From the NCBI RefSeq assembly GCF_009914755.1, contig NC_060925.1: a stretch of DNA of 64,000 nt; one strand, 5' to 3'. Positions within the stretch are counted from its first letter, which is position 1. The number at the start of each line of letters is the position of its first letter. The notes beneath the pieces are model-generated. The model was not told the DNA's origin, did no database searches, and saw only the letters and a list, made by a program, of their open reading frames with translations. The translations under genes were made by a program, and so were the position numbers. Positions 22,261 through 43,510 of the stretch are shown one piece after another. The stretch is from the human T2T-CHM13v2.0 reference genome, Homo sapiens.

Positions 22261-22460
22261 CAGCACTTTGGGAAAACTTCAAATAAACAATCTGGCAATG
22301 CATCTTAAAGAACCAGAAGGTGGCAGGGGGTGAGGGAGGCTAAGAAAATAAAAAAAGAACTAGAAGAGCAAGAGCAAACCAAACCTAAAATTAGTAGAAG
22401 AAAAGAAATAATAAAGATCAGAGCAGAAAGAAATAAAATTGCAATAAACCCAAAAGATCA

Positions 22461-22770
<310 letters not shown>

Positions 22771-23039
22771 AAAAGTTAAACCAAATTGACAAACCTTTAA
22801 CCAGATTACCTAAGAAGAAAGCAGAGAAGATACAAATAAAATCAGAAACAAAAAAGGAGACATTACAACTGATATTGCAAAAATTCAAAAGATCATTAAT
22901 GACTTACTATGAATAACCAAATGGCAATAAATTGGAAAATCTAGAAGACAGAGACAAATTCCTAGACAAATACAACCTACCAAGATTGAACCAGGAAGAA
23001 ATCCAAAACCTGAACAGACCAATAATAAGTAAGAAAATC

Positions 23040-29166
<6,127 letters not shown>

Positions 29167-29478
29167 AAGAAAATCAAAGCTGTAATTAAACGTCTCTCAA
29201 TAAAGAAATGCCCAGGACTTGATGGTTCACTGCTGAATTTTACCAAACATTTAAAGAACTAATACTAATCCTACTGAAACTATTCTGAAAAATAGAGGAT
29301 AAAGTAATATTTCTCAACATATTCTATAAGGCCAGTATTACCCTGATACCCACACCAGATAAAGACACATCAGAAAAAGAAAACTACAGGCCAATATCTC
29401 TGAAGAATATTGATGCAAAATTCCTCAACAAAATAGTAGTAAACTGAATTCAACAATACATTAGAAAGATCATTCATC

Positions 29479-31606
29479 GGATTCTCCTGCCTCAGCCTGC
29501 GGAGTGCCTGCAATTGCAGGCGCGTGCCGCCACACCTGACTGGTTTTCGTATTTTTTTGGTGGAGACGGGGTTTCGCTGTGTTGGCGGGGCGGGTCTCCA
29601 GCTCCTAACCGCGAGTGATCCGCCGGCCTCAGCCTCCCGAGGTGCCGGGATTGCAGACGGAGTCTGGTTCACTCAGTGCTCAGTGGCGCCCAGGCTGGAG
29701 TGCAGTGGCGTGGTCTCGGCTCGCTACAACCTCCACCTCCCAGCCGCCTGCCTTGGCCTCCCAAAGTGCCGAGATTGCAGCCTCTGCCCGGCCGCCACCC
29801 CGTCTGGGAAGTGAGGAGCGTCTCTGCCTGGCCACCCATCGTCTGGGATGTGAGGAGCCCCTCTGCCTGGCTGCCCAGTCTGGAAGGTGGGGAGCGTCTC
29901 TGCCCAGCCACCATCCCATCTGGGAAGTGGGGAGCGCCTCTTCCCAGCCGCCCTCACATCTGGGAAGTGAGGAGCGTCTCTGCCCGGCCGCCCATTGTCT
30001 GGGATGTGGGGAGCGCCTCTGCCCCGCCGCCCCGTCTGGGATGTGGGGAGCGCCTCTGCCCGGCCGCCACCCCGTCTGGGAGGTGAGGAGCGTCTCTGCC
30101 CGGCCGCCCCGTCTGAGAGGTGAGGAGACCCTCCGCCCGGCAGCCGCCCCGTATGAGAGGTGAGGAGCCCCTCCGCCCGGCAGCCGCCCCATCTGGGAAG
30201 TGAGGAGCATCTCCGCCCGGCAGCCACCCCGTCTGGGAAGTGGGGAGCATCTCCGCCCGGCAGCCACCCCGTCCGGGAGGGAGGTGGGGGGGGTCAGCCC
30301 CCGCCAGGCCAGCCGCCCCGTCCGGGAGGGAGGTGGGGGCGTCAGCCCCCCGCCCGGCCAGCCGCCCCGTCCGGGAGGTGAGGGGCGCCTCTTCCCGGCC
30401 GCCCCTACTGGGAAGTGAGGAGCCCCTCTGCCCGGCCAGTCGCCCCGTCCGGGAGGGAGGTGGGGGGATCAGCCCCCCACCCGGCCAGCCGCCCCGTCCG
30501 GGAGGGAGGTGGGGGGGTCAGCCCCCCGCCCGGCCAGCCGCCCCGTCCGGGAGGGAGGTGGGGGGGTCAGCCCCCGCCCGGCCAGCCGCCCCGTCCGGGA
30601 GGGAGGTGGGGGGGTCAGCCCCCCGCCCGGCCAGCCGCCCCGTCCAGGAGGTGAGGGGCGCCTCTGCCCGGCCGCCCCTACTGGGAAGTGAGGAGCCCCT
30701 CTGCCCGGCCAGTCGCCCCGTCCGGGAGGGAGGTGGGGGGGTCAGCCCCCCACCCGGCCAGCCGCCCCGTCCAGGAGAGAGGTGGGGGGGTCAGCCCCCC
30801 GCCCGGCCAGCCGCCCCGTCCGGGAGGGAGGTGGGGGGGTCAGCCCCCCGCCCGGCCAGCCGCCCCATCCAGGAGGTGAGGGGCGCCTCTGCCCGGCCGC
30901 CCCTACTGGGAAGTGGGGAGCCCCTCTGCCCGGCCAGCCGCCCCGTCCGGGAGGGAGGTGGGGGGGTCAGCCCCCCGCCCGGCCAGCAGCCCCGTCCGGG
31001 AGGTGAGGTGTGCCTCTGCCCGGCCGCCCCTGCTGGGAGGTGAGGAGCCCCTCTGCCCGGCTGCCACCCCGTCTGGGAGGTGTGCCCAACAGCTCATTGA
31101 GAGCGGGCCAGGATGACAATGGCGGCTTTGTGGAGTGGGGGGGGGGAAGGGTGGGGAAAAGATTGAGGAATCGGATGGTTGCCGTGTCTGTGTAGAGGGA
31201 GGTAGACATGGGAGACTTTTCATTTTGTTCTGTACTGAGAAAAATTCTTCTGCCTTGGGATCCTGTTGATCTGTGACCTTACCCCCGACCCTGTGCTCTC
31301 TGAAACATGTGCTGTGTCCACTCAGAGTTAAATGGATTAAGGGCGGTGCAAGATGTGCTTTGTTAAACAGATGCTTGAAGGCAGCATGCTCATTAAGAGT
31401 CATCACCACTCCCTAATCTCAAGTACCCAGGGACACAAACGCTGCGGAAGGCCGCAGGGTCCTCTGCCTAGGAAAACCAGAGACCTTTGTTCACTTGTTT
31501 ATCTGCTGACCTTCCCTCCACTATTGTCCTTTGACCCTGCCAAATCCCCCTCCGTGAGAAACACCCAAGAATGATCAATAAAAAAATAAATAAATAAATA
31601 AATAAA
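29479..31606 (+). mobile_element. SVA retrotransposon (young, D-F type), 5'-truncated with no CCCTCT hexamer
   Basis: Antisense Alu-like domain, GC-rich VNTR (~29780-31075), SINE-R ending GAAACACCCAAGAATGATCAATAAA, (AAAT)n tail, perfect 16-bp TSD AGAAAGATCATTCATC (29463-29478, 31607-31622). Confidence 0.97.
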
Positions 31607-33138
31607 AGAAAGATCATTCATCATGACCAAGTGGGATTTATCCCAGGGATGCAACGATGGTTCAACATATGCAAATCAATCAATGTGATACATCATATCA
31701 GCAGAATGAAGGATACAAACCATATGATCATTTCAATTGATGCTGAAAAAGCTTTCGATAAAATTTAACATCCTTAATGATAAAAGCCCTCAAAAAACTG
31801 GGGATACAAGGAACATAACATAACAAAAGTCATATACTACAGACTCACAGCTAGTATCATACTGAACGGGGAAACACTGAAAGCCTTTCCTGTAAGACCT
31901 AGAACATGACAAGGATGTTTGCTGTCACCGCTGTTAGTCAACATTGTACTGGAAGTCCTAGCTGGAACAATCAGACAAGGGAAAAAAAATAAAGGGCATC
32001 CAAATTGGAAAAAAAGAAGTCAAATTATCCTTGTTTGCAGATGATATCTCTTATATGTGGAAAAACCTAGACTCCACTAAAAAACTATTGGAAGTGTTAA
32101 ATAAATTCAATAAAGCTGCAGGATACAAAACCAACATACAAAAATCAGTAGCATTTCTATATGCCAACAGTGAACAGTGTGAAAAAGAAATTAAAAAGTG
32201 ATCCCATTTACAATAGCCACACATAAAATTAAATACCTAGCAATTACCCAAAGAAGTGAAAGATCTCTGTAATGAAAACTATAAAACACTGATGAAAGAA
32301 ATTGAAGAGAACACCAAAAAAAATGGAAAAATATTCCATGTTCATAGATTGGAAGAATAAATATTGTTAAAATGTTTATACTACCCAAAGGATGCAATGC
32401 AATCCCTATTAAAATACCAATGACATTCTTCACAGAAATAGAAAAAAAATCCTAAAATTCATATGGAATCACGAAAGACCCAGAATAGCCAAAACTATCC
32501 TGAGCAAAAAGAACAAAACTAGAGGAATCATATTACCTGACTTCAAATTATACTACAGAGCTATAGAAAACAAAACAGCATGGTGCTGGCATAAAAAGAG
32601 ACACCTAGACCAATGGAACAGAATAGAGAACCCAGAAACAAATGTACACACCTACACATTTTTGACAAAGGTATCAAGAACATACACTGGGGAAAAGACA
32701 ATCTCTTCAATAAATGGTGCTGGGAAAATTGGATATCCATATGCAGAAGAATGAAACTAGACCCCCCTATCTCTCACCATATATAAATATCAAATCAAAA
32801 TGGATTAAGCACTTAAATTTAAGACCTCAAACTATGAAACTACTACAAGAAAACATTGGGGAAAATCTCTAGGACATTGGTCTGGGCAAAATTTTCTTGA
32901 GCAATACTCCATAAGCATAGTCAACAAAAGCAAAAATGAATAAATGGGATCACATCAAGTTAAAAAGCTTCTGCACAGCAAAGGATACAATCAACAAAGT
33001 GAAAACTCACAGCATGGGAGAAAATATTTGCAAACTATCCATCTGACAAGGGATTAATAACTAAAATATATAATGAGCTCAACAACTATATAGGAAAAAA
33101 TCATAACAACCCGACTGAAAAATGGACAAAAGGTCTTA

Positions 33139-33851
<713 letters not shown>

Positions 33852-35239
33852 CTACAATGAGATGTTATCTCATCTCAGTTAAAATGGCTTATATCCAAAA
33901 GACAGGGATTAACAAATGCTAGTGAGGATGTGGAGAAAAGGGAACACTTGTACACTGTTGGTGGGAATGTAAATTAGTATAACCACTATGGGGAACAGTT
34001 TGAAGATCCCTCAAAAAGCTAAAAATTGAACTACCATATGATCTCAGCAATCTTAATGCTAGGTATATATCCAAAAGAAAGGAAATCAGTATATCGAAGA
34101 GATATCTGCACTCCTATGTTTGTTGCAGCACTGTTTACAATACCTAAGATTTGGAAGCAACCTAAGTGTTCATCAACAGATGAATGGATAAAAAAAATAT
34201 GGTACATATTCACAATGGAGTACTATTCAGCCATAAAAAGAATGAGATGCAGTCATTTGCAACCATATTGATGGAACTGGAAATCATTATGCTAAGCGAA
34301 ATAAGCCAGGCACAGGAAGACAACATTGCATGTTCTCACTTATTTGTGGGATCTAAAAATAAAAACAATTGAACTCATGGACATGGAGAGCAAAAGGATG
34401 GTTACAAGAGGCTGGGAAGGGTAGTGGTCGGTGGAAGTGGGGATGGTTAATGGGTACAAAAACATAGAATGAATAAGACCTACTGTTTGATAGCACAACA
34501 GGGTGACTATAGTCAATAATAACTTAATTGTACATTTTAAAATAATTTAAAGGGTGTAATAGGAGGATTGTTTGTGACTCAGAGGATAAATGCTTGAGGG
34601 GATAAACACCCCATTCTCTGTGATATGCTTATTTCACATTACATGCTTGTATCAAAACATATCATGTACCCCATAAATATATATACCTATTATGTACCCA
34701 CAAAAATTAAAAATAATTTTTTTAAAAAAGAGTATTGTCTTGAAACTTGCTTTTCTTTTTTTGCTTGTTGTTGTTTTTGCTGCAAGTGTTTGGCATTGAA
34801 GAGTACAATGACTATTAGTACAGTTTGGCATCACTGCCTTGATTCATGCTAAGGTGTCAGCAGAAAATTGCTGGTCAGTAAAAACAACGTTGCTTGTGCA
34901 TTATCAGTGCCATTGTCAAGACAATGAGAAAGCAAAATGACATATTACTATGAAAATAGTTTTTCTCTCTCAGACCCCTTGAAAGGGTGTTAGGACCCTA
35001 GAAGTCCACAGGCCACACTTTTGAACATAGCTGCTCTACATGAACCTCCATTGCTCCTCTACCCCAGAACTACTGCCTACGTCCCTAAAAAACTTTCCAA
35101 ACCAACCAACATATTGTGTTCCTCAGATTAACATCTAACATGGTACTAGCAGCAAATATTCTGCTTCTACCTCCTGTAAATCAGTCATTTTTCTAAAGCA
35201 TAGGTCTCTCTTCCCTTTGCTTCAAAATCTCCAAACAGG

Positions 35240-37935
<2,696 letters not shown>

Positions 37936-38029
37936 AACTTTAAAAATTAAAAGGTAAATTGAAACTGGAAAAAAAAGTCACAATATATATAATAGACCAA
38001 AATTTAATGTTTTTAATATTTGCAGTCTG

Positions 38030-38450
38030 TGATAGTTTGGATGTTTGTTTACTCCAACCCTCATGTTGAAATTTGATCTCCAAAGCTAAAGGTGGGGCCC
38101 AATGGGAGATGTTTGGGTCATGCAGGTAGCCCCTCATGAATAGATTAATGTCCTCCCTTGGGAGTGAGTCAGTTCTCACTCTTTGAGTTCCTGAGAAAGC
38201 TAGTTGTTAAAAAGAGCCTGGCCTCTGTCCTCCCTTCTCTTGCTTTCTGTCTTGCCATGTGATTTCTGCACACACAGGCTCCCCTTTGCCTTCCATCATG
38301 AGAGGAAACAACCTGAGCCCCTCACTAGATGCAGATGCCAGGTCTTGAACTTTCCGGTCATCAGAATCATGAGCCAAATAAACCTTTTTATCTTTAGAAA
38401 TTACCCAGTGTCTGGTGCTCCTACATAGCAACACAAAAGGTCCTAAGACA
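38030..38450 (+). mobile_element. MSTB-like MaLR solo LTR
   Basis: TGATAGTTTGGATGTTTG...CTCATGTTGAAATTTGATC...CCCCTCATGAATAGATTAATG...CTAAGACA. Confidence 0.85.
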
Positions 38451-39489
38451 AAACCCTAACAGATTAATTAGAGAAAGAGATAGCCAAAATATTTGACTAG
38501 GTAATTCACATGATAATGCAAATTGCCAGTACATGTCCCTTTTCATGTTCAATCTTTCTTGTAATGAAATAAATGTAATTAAAATAACATTTTTATCCTA
38601 CCAAACTAGCAAAGAGAGAAAAAAAACAATATTGCTGAGGGATCAGCTACCCCAATTCCCTGCTGGAGTCTGATTCCCCTCCCAAAAAAGTAGGCTGACT
38701 ATAGTGACTTGCTTGATTAATAGGACAAAGCAAAAATGATGTCTTAAAACATCCATAGCCAGCTTTTAACAAGCCTGTAGCTTCTGCCTGGACCGTTTGT
38801 TCTTGGCACACTCTCTGTCCTTCAGAACCCAGCCACCATGTGTGAAAAGCCCAAGTCACATGGAGTGGGCAAATGGCCGGGAGGAAACATCTGCTTCCTA
38901 TGTGGGTCAAGTTAGGGTAGCATCCTCAGCTAAAGAAGTGTGTGTTCTTTCTTAGACGTGTTAGTCATTCAGGGTAAATGGACCTGAAATATCTCAGGAG
39001 GCAGTCAAGCCACATGTATTATCCATTCTCAGGCTGTCTGGGTTGTTAGTGGTGGTTTGTCTATATCAACTGGTCCACAAAAGACAAAAATGACAGCCAA
39101 CAGAATAACAGAGAATGACACCTAAGAAAATAGAAAAGAGGAAGAAAAAATGAATTATACTTCTCTTTTGGAGCTCTCCTGTGAGAACAAAGCGGGGATT
39201 GATATTTTTCTGGGGACCAACTGATTGTGGCCATCAAAATTCTGAGTCCTGAGAGGCATACATTTTTGGCTATTCAGCATTAGGCAGTAAGTTATCCTAA
39301 GTAAAAACGTCTCCAGGAAAAGAGAAGAGAAATCAAACACTGTGCTTTTGGTAGCTGTGGATTTGCTAAGTTGTTCCTAGAGCAGCATCATGTTGCAAAA
39401 GAAGCAGTTTTCTAGGAATCAAGAGAACTAAGTTCAAGTTACTGCCAGAGAGGCAGAGAGGCCTCTACAGCTGATGAGAAATGGGTTTA

Positions 39490-40130
39490 AATTCTGGCTA
39501 TGCCTGCTACTCTCTTTACAACTTTGAAAAGTCAGCCATCTAAACCTCTGCTTCTGTACCTGTAAAATGGAGATAAAAATACCTGCCTCACCATGTTGTT
39601 TGTGAGGATAAAATGAGATAATGCACGCACCATGCTCAGCATGTGCCTTACTCACATAGTAAGTGTCCCAAAATGGTGGGTCATTTTCTTGCTACTCTTG
39701 CCAGTGATTTCCTGTTTGATGGTGGGCAAATTGCTTAGCTCCTGGCTACACTGGAAAGGATGTTGCTTCCTCATCTACCTCCCAGAGTTAGTGTGGAGGT
39801 CAAATGAGAAAATGAACTGAAGGAAAGCAATGTGATGTGGTGGTAGGTGGGAGGCATCCAAGCTAAGCCTCAGGAAACAGAGGCTACACCATGGGGACAG
39901 GTCACTGAGGACCCAGAGGCAAGTGAGCAAGTGGAAAATAAGAGCACACACATAACACAGCAAGAAGCCTTTGAACACCCTTCTGGTTCCAGGAGCTTTA
40001 TATGCCTTGATATCAGTTAATTTCCACAACCACAGTGTCGTGCAAATATTGTTACTCAAATGAGAAAACTGAGACTCAGCAAAGTTAAGTAGCTGTGCCA
40101 AGGTCACACTGTTTGTAGATGTCACAGCAG
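39490..40130. mobile_element. MIR remnants (about 39490-39680 and 39960-40130)
   Basis: MIR core: CTGTAAAATGGAGATAAAAATACCTGCCTCA and AAATGAGAAAACTGAGACTCAG..AAGTTAAGTAGCT..CCAAGGTCACAC. Confidence 0.7.
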
Positions 40131-40332
40131 GTGCTCCATGTCTGCAGCTGAGAGAGGATGTGACGGCGCAAGTCTCTTGTCCTGCCAAAGGCTATCCTGG
40201 GCAAACCTGCAAAGGGAGGCTGCTTCCGGCTGGAGAAGAATGGTGCACTCAGAGCGCACTCTGCTCCGGTACAGGCGCTGATCCATGGGGATCCCACAGC
40301 CAGCACAATGGACTCTCTGGCTGAGCCGCCCG

Positions 40333-40351
40333 TGACCACCAGGGGGCCTTC
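40333..40351 (+). promoter_or_regulatory. Candidate CTCF site
   Basis: TGACCACCAGGGGGCCTT matches the CTCF core CCACCAGGGGGC, in a non-repeat patch with retained CpGs. Confidence 0.55.
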
Positions 40352-40796
40352 ACGGGACCTCTGCAAATAAGAACAAACTTGATTCCCAGGACCGGCTCGC
40401 ATCTGAAGATGGCTTTAAGCCCAACGGTCAAACATGTCACTTTTACCTGTTCTGAGGACAAGGGCAGCACCTGCACCCTCCCACTCACCTTTACTAGCTC
40501 CAGCTGCCTCCCTCCCAGTTCTACCACTTGGCACAAGAAGCAGGAAAGAGTTCCCTACAACCCACTCCCAGACAGCTATTTCTACCTGCTGGATTACAAC
40601 TTTCTCATTTTCTCTCTCTCTCTCCTTCTCTCTCTCTCACCCCTTATGAATAGTGTCCATAACAGACACCAGATAATTTTCATCCTATGTAATTGTATTC
40701 TTGCAGGTTTATAAAAAAAGCTCAGATCTTATCACCCTCTCCATTTTCTAGTTGCTATAAAATGGTATTTGCAGCACTCTTGACAAGATACATTTT

Positions 40797-41123
40797 GGCC
40801 AGGCATGGTGGCTCACACCTGTAATCCCAGCATTTTGGAAGACTGAGGTGGGTAGATCACCTGAGGTCAGGAGTTCGAGACCAGCCTGGCCAATATGGTG
40901 AAACCCTGTTTCTACTAAAAATACAAAAATTAGCTGGGCATGGTGGTATTTTATTTGTAAAAAAAAAAATATGAAAATAGCCTGCAACCCCAGCTATTTG
41001 GGAGGCTGAGTCAGGAGAATTGCTTAAACTGGAAGGAAGAGGTTGCAATGAGCCAAGATCGTGCCACTGCACTCCACTCCAGGCTGGGCAACAGAGCGAG
41101 ACTCTGTCTAAAAAAAAAAAAAA
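40797..41123 (+). mobile_element. AluS
   Basis: Alu dimer with an AT-rich insertion at ~40948-40980; TSD AAGATACAT. Confidence 0.9.
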
Positions 41124-41379
41124 GATACATCTCATCTTCAAGCATTTCCTGAATGCTGCTAAGGAGATGATAAACATCGATCACAGCTGATAAACATCTA
41201 TGTGATAAACTACTTTGCAACCATCTATCTCTAACATAAGATCACATAACCATTGTAATAGGTCCAAAGCGCATTAATCTATTGAAATGAAATCATTTGT
41301 GCATGTGTTAGAGTTAAATAGATTCAATTGTGCCAACAGAGAATTTCCTGATTTCCCCAGAAAGAATAATCTAAAACCA

Positions 41380-41530
41380 TAGTTTTCAGCCTTGGCTGCA
41401 CAATGGAACCACCTAGAAAACTTTAGAAAAACTGATGCCTGAGTCCCATCCCAAGTTTCTGATTTAACTGGCCTGAGATGTGGCCTGGGTGCCAGATAAT
41501 CTAATGTGCAGCCAAGCTTGAGAACCACAG
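41380..41530. mobile_element. MER5A hAT MITE
   Basis: CTTGGCTGCACAATGGAACCACCT...TCTAATGTGCAGCCAAGCTTGAGAACCAC with terminal inverted symmetry. Confidence 0.8.
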
Positions 41531-43213
41531 ATCTAAAAGATGAGGGAAATTGGGCTCAAGGGCAATGATTAAAGAGCCAGGTCTGGACACTCCAGAGGAA
41601 GGAAGGTGAAAAGTGCTCTTCAGTGTGTTCAATCGACTTTCAGTTACCCATACTAATTGAAGAGAAGACTGTCACAGACAACTGTAAGATCTTAAACTTG
41701 AAAGTTCTTTTATAGTTGGGAAAGCATTTGATCTTATTTAAACCTCACCACAAGCCTGGGCAGTAGAAAGGTATCTATGCTTCTCTAATAGATAAGGAAC
41801 AGGAGCCTCAAGAGAGTGAATGATTTGCAAAGATGTAAGTGGCAGAATAATTTCACCAGAACTATAATCCAGAATGTTCAATAGCCTCAAAATTCAAACA
41901 ATTTTATCTAGACCGTTAAATTCCTTTTGTTCCCCTGAGTAAGAGCAAAATCTGCTCATGGGTTAAAAAACCAAGCCAACCAACCAACCAAACAACAACA
42001 AAAACAGGAAACTTTTTAAGATAAGATGGAGTGGCAGAGAAAAAACAAAAAAAACAAAACGAAAAGTTTCTCAGAAAGCAATAATAGTGAGCTGACTTCA
42101 CAGTAGGGACAATGAGTGACTGTCATTTCTTCCTGTATATATCTACACCTGGGCAGAAGGTTGATATGGCCACGGACAGTTAGACAAAAAAACTTTCTCA
42201 TTTTCCCACCCATGAGACCTTCAGTTGGAACCTTATTTGTCGTCTTTGAAGCAAGAATAAAAGTAGGATGGAAGCTTCTGCGAATTACCTTGATATGAGA
42301 TTAAAGGTAATTTTAAGGTCTTTGGAAGAACTGAGATGATATTACAACAGTCATTTTAATATTAAGCTATTCAGATTTTCAAAGAGTACATCTTTTGACC
42401 CTTTGAGATTTTGGGTTGCTCTCTTAGGCAGAGCTTTGGGAGCTGATTTCAGGGTCGGCAGGGGCATCTCATATATTTTCCCATCCACTTTCTTGTAGCA
42501 ACAACACCCCCCTTTCACTTCATGTGGTCTTAGTGGGGCTGTGATCTGGTGCCCTAGGTTCCCAGAAGGGCACATGATCCAGGCTAGGTCACTCTTAGTA
42601 CCTCATTCCCCAGCAATAGTAACTGGTCCAATGGTGGTAGACATCCCAAGTAGGGGCAATCAAGGTGTATGTTGGTTACAGGTCAGTTACTCCAATATCT
42701 GCAGAGATAAACTTCAAATCTCAGTGGTTTAACAAATAGAAGTATATTTGTAATTCACATAAGAAGTCCAATATGGCCTTCCATGTGGTCATTCAGGGAC
42801 CCAGGCCCCTTTCATCTTGTGACTACCCTCTCTTCTTGGGTCTCAGAGTCCTCTCCATTCAGCCAGCAAATGGGGAAAGAGAACAGAGAATCACTTTTGG
42901 AAGGTTTTTAATGGGCCAAACTGGAATGGAGGCTTTCATATCTGCTCACATCCTATTGGCCAAACTTGGTCACATGGCTACTGCCAAGGAAAGGGAGGCT
43001 GGAAATGCCATGTAATTGTGAGTTCAGCAGAACGAAAAGCAGGTTTGGTGACTAACTCGCCAGGCTCTGCCACAAGGTCTTCCTCTGGGATTAGTATATG
43101 GGTGTTGGGAGTGCTAAACTGGGGACACATCAGCCTGAACTACCAGCAGCCATCTTTTCTAGTTGCAGGGAGGGATGTGATCACACTAAAGAGGGGATTA
43201 AGAGTCAACCACT

Positions 43214-43510
43214 GGCCGGGCACGGTGGCTCACGCCTGTAATCCCAGCACTTTGGGAGGCCAAGGCGGGCAGATCATGAGGTCAGGAGATCGAGACCATC
43301 CTGGCTAACACGGTGAAACCCCGTCTCCACTAAAAATACAAAAAATTAGCCGGGCGTGGTGGCGGGTGCCTGTAGTCTCAGCTACTCGGAAGGCTGAGGC
43401 AGGAGAATGGCGTGAACCCAGGAGGCGGAGCTTGTAGTGAGCTGAGATCGCGCCACTGCACTGCAGCCTGGGCGACAGAGGAAGACTTGGAGTCTCAAAA
43501 AAAAAAAAAA
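43214..43510 (+). mobile_element. AluY
   Basis: AluY diagnostics; TSD AAGAGTCAACCAC. Confidence 0.95.

Noticed and set aside
29524-31574. Many long overlapping ORFs and a regularly repeated array
   Set aside because: These come from the SVA VNTR. The units are tandem with no unique spacers and no cas genes, so this is neither CRISPR nor a gene.
29479-31606. APOBEC3 editing or CpG decay as the cause of SVA divergence
   Set aside because: Both give G>A or C>T changes; the dominant change here is A>G on the sense strand.
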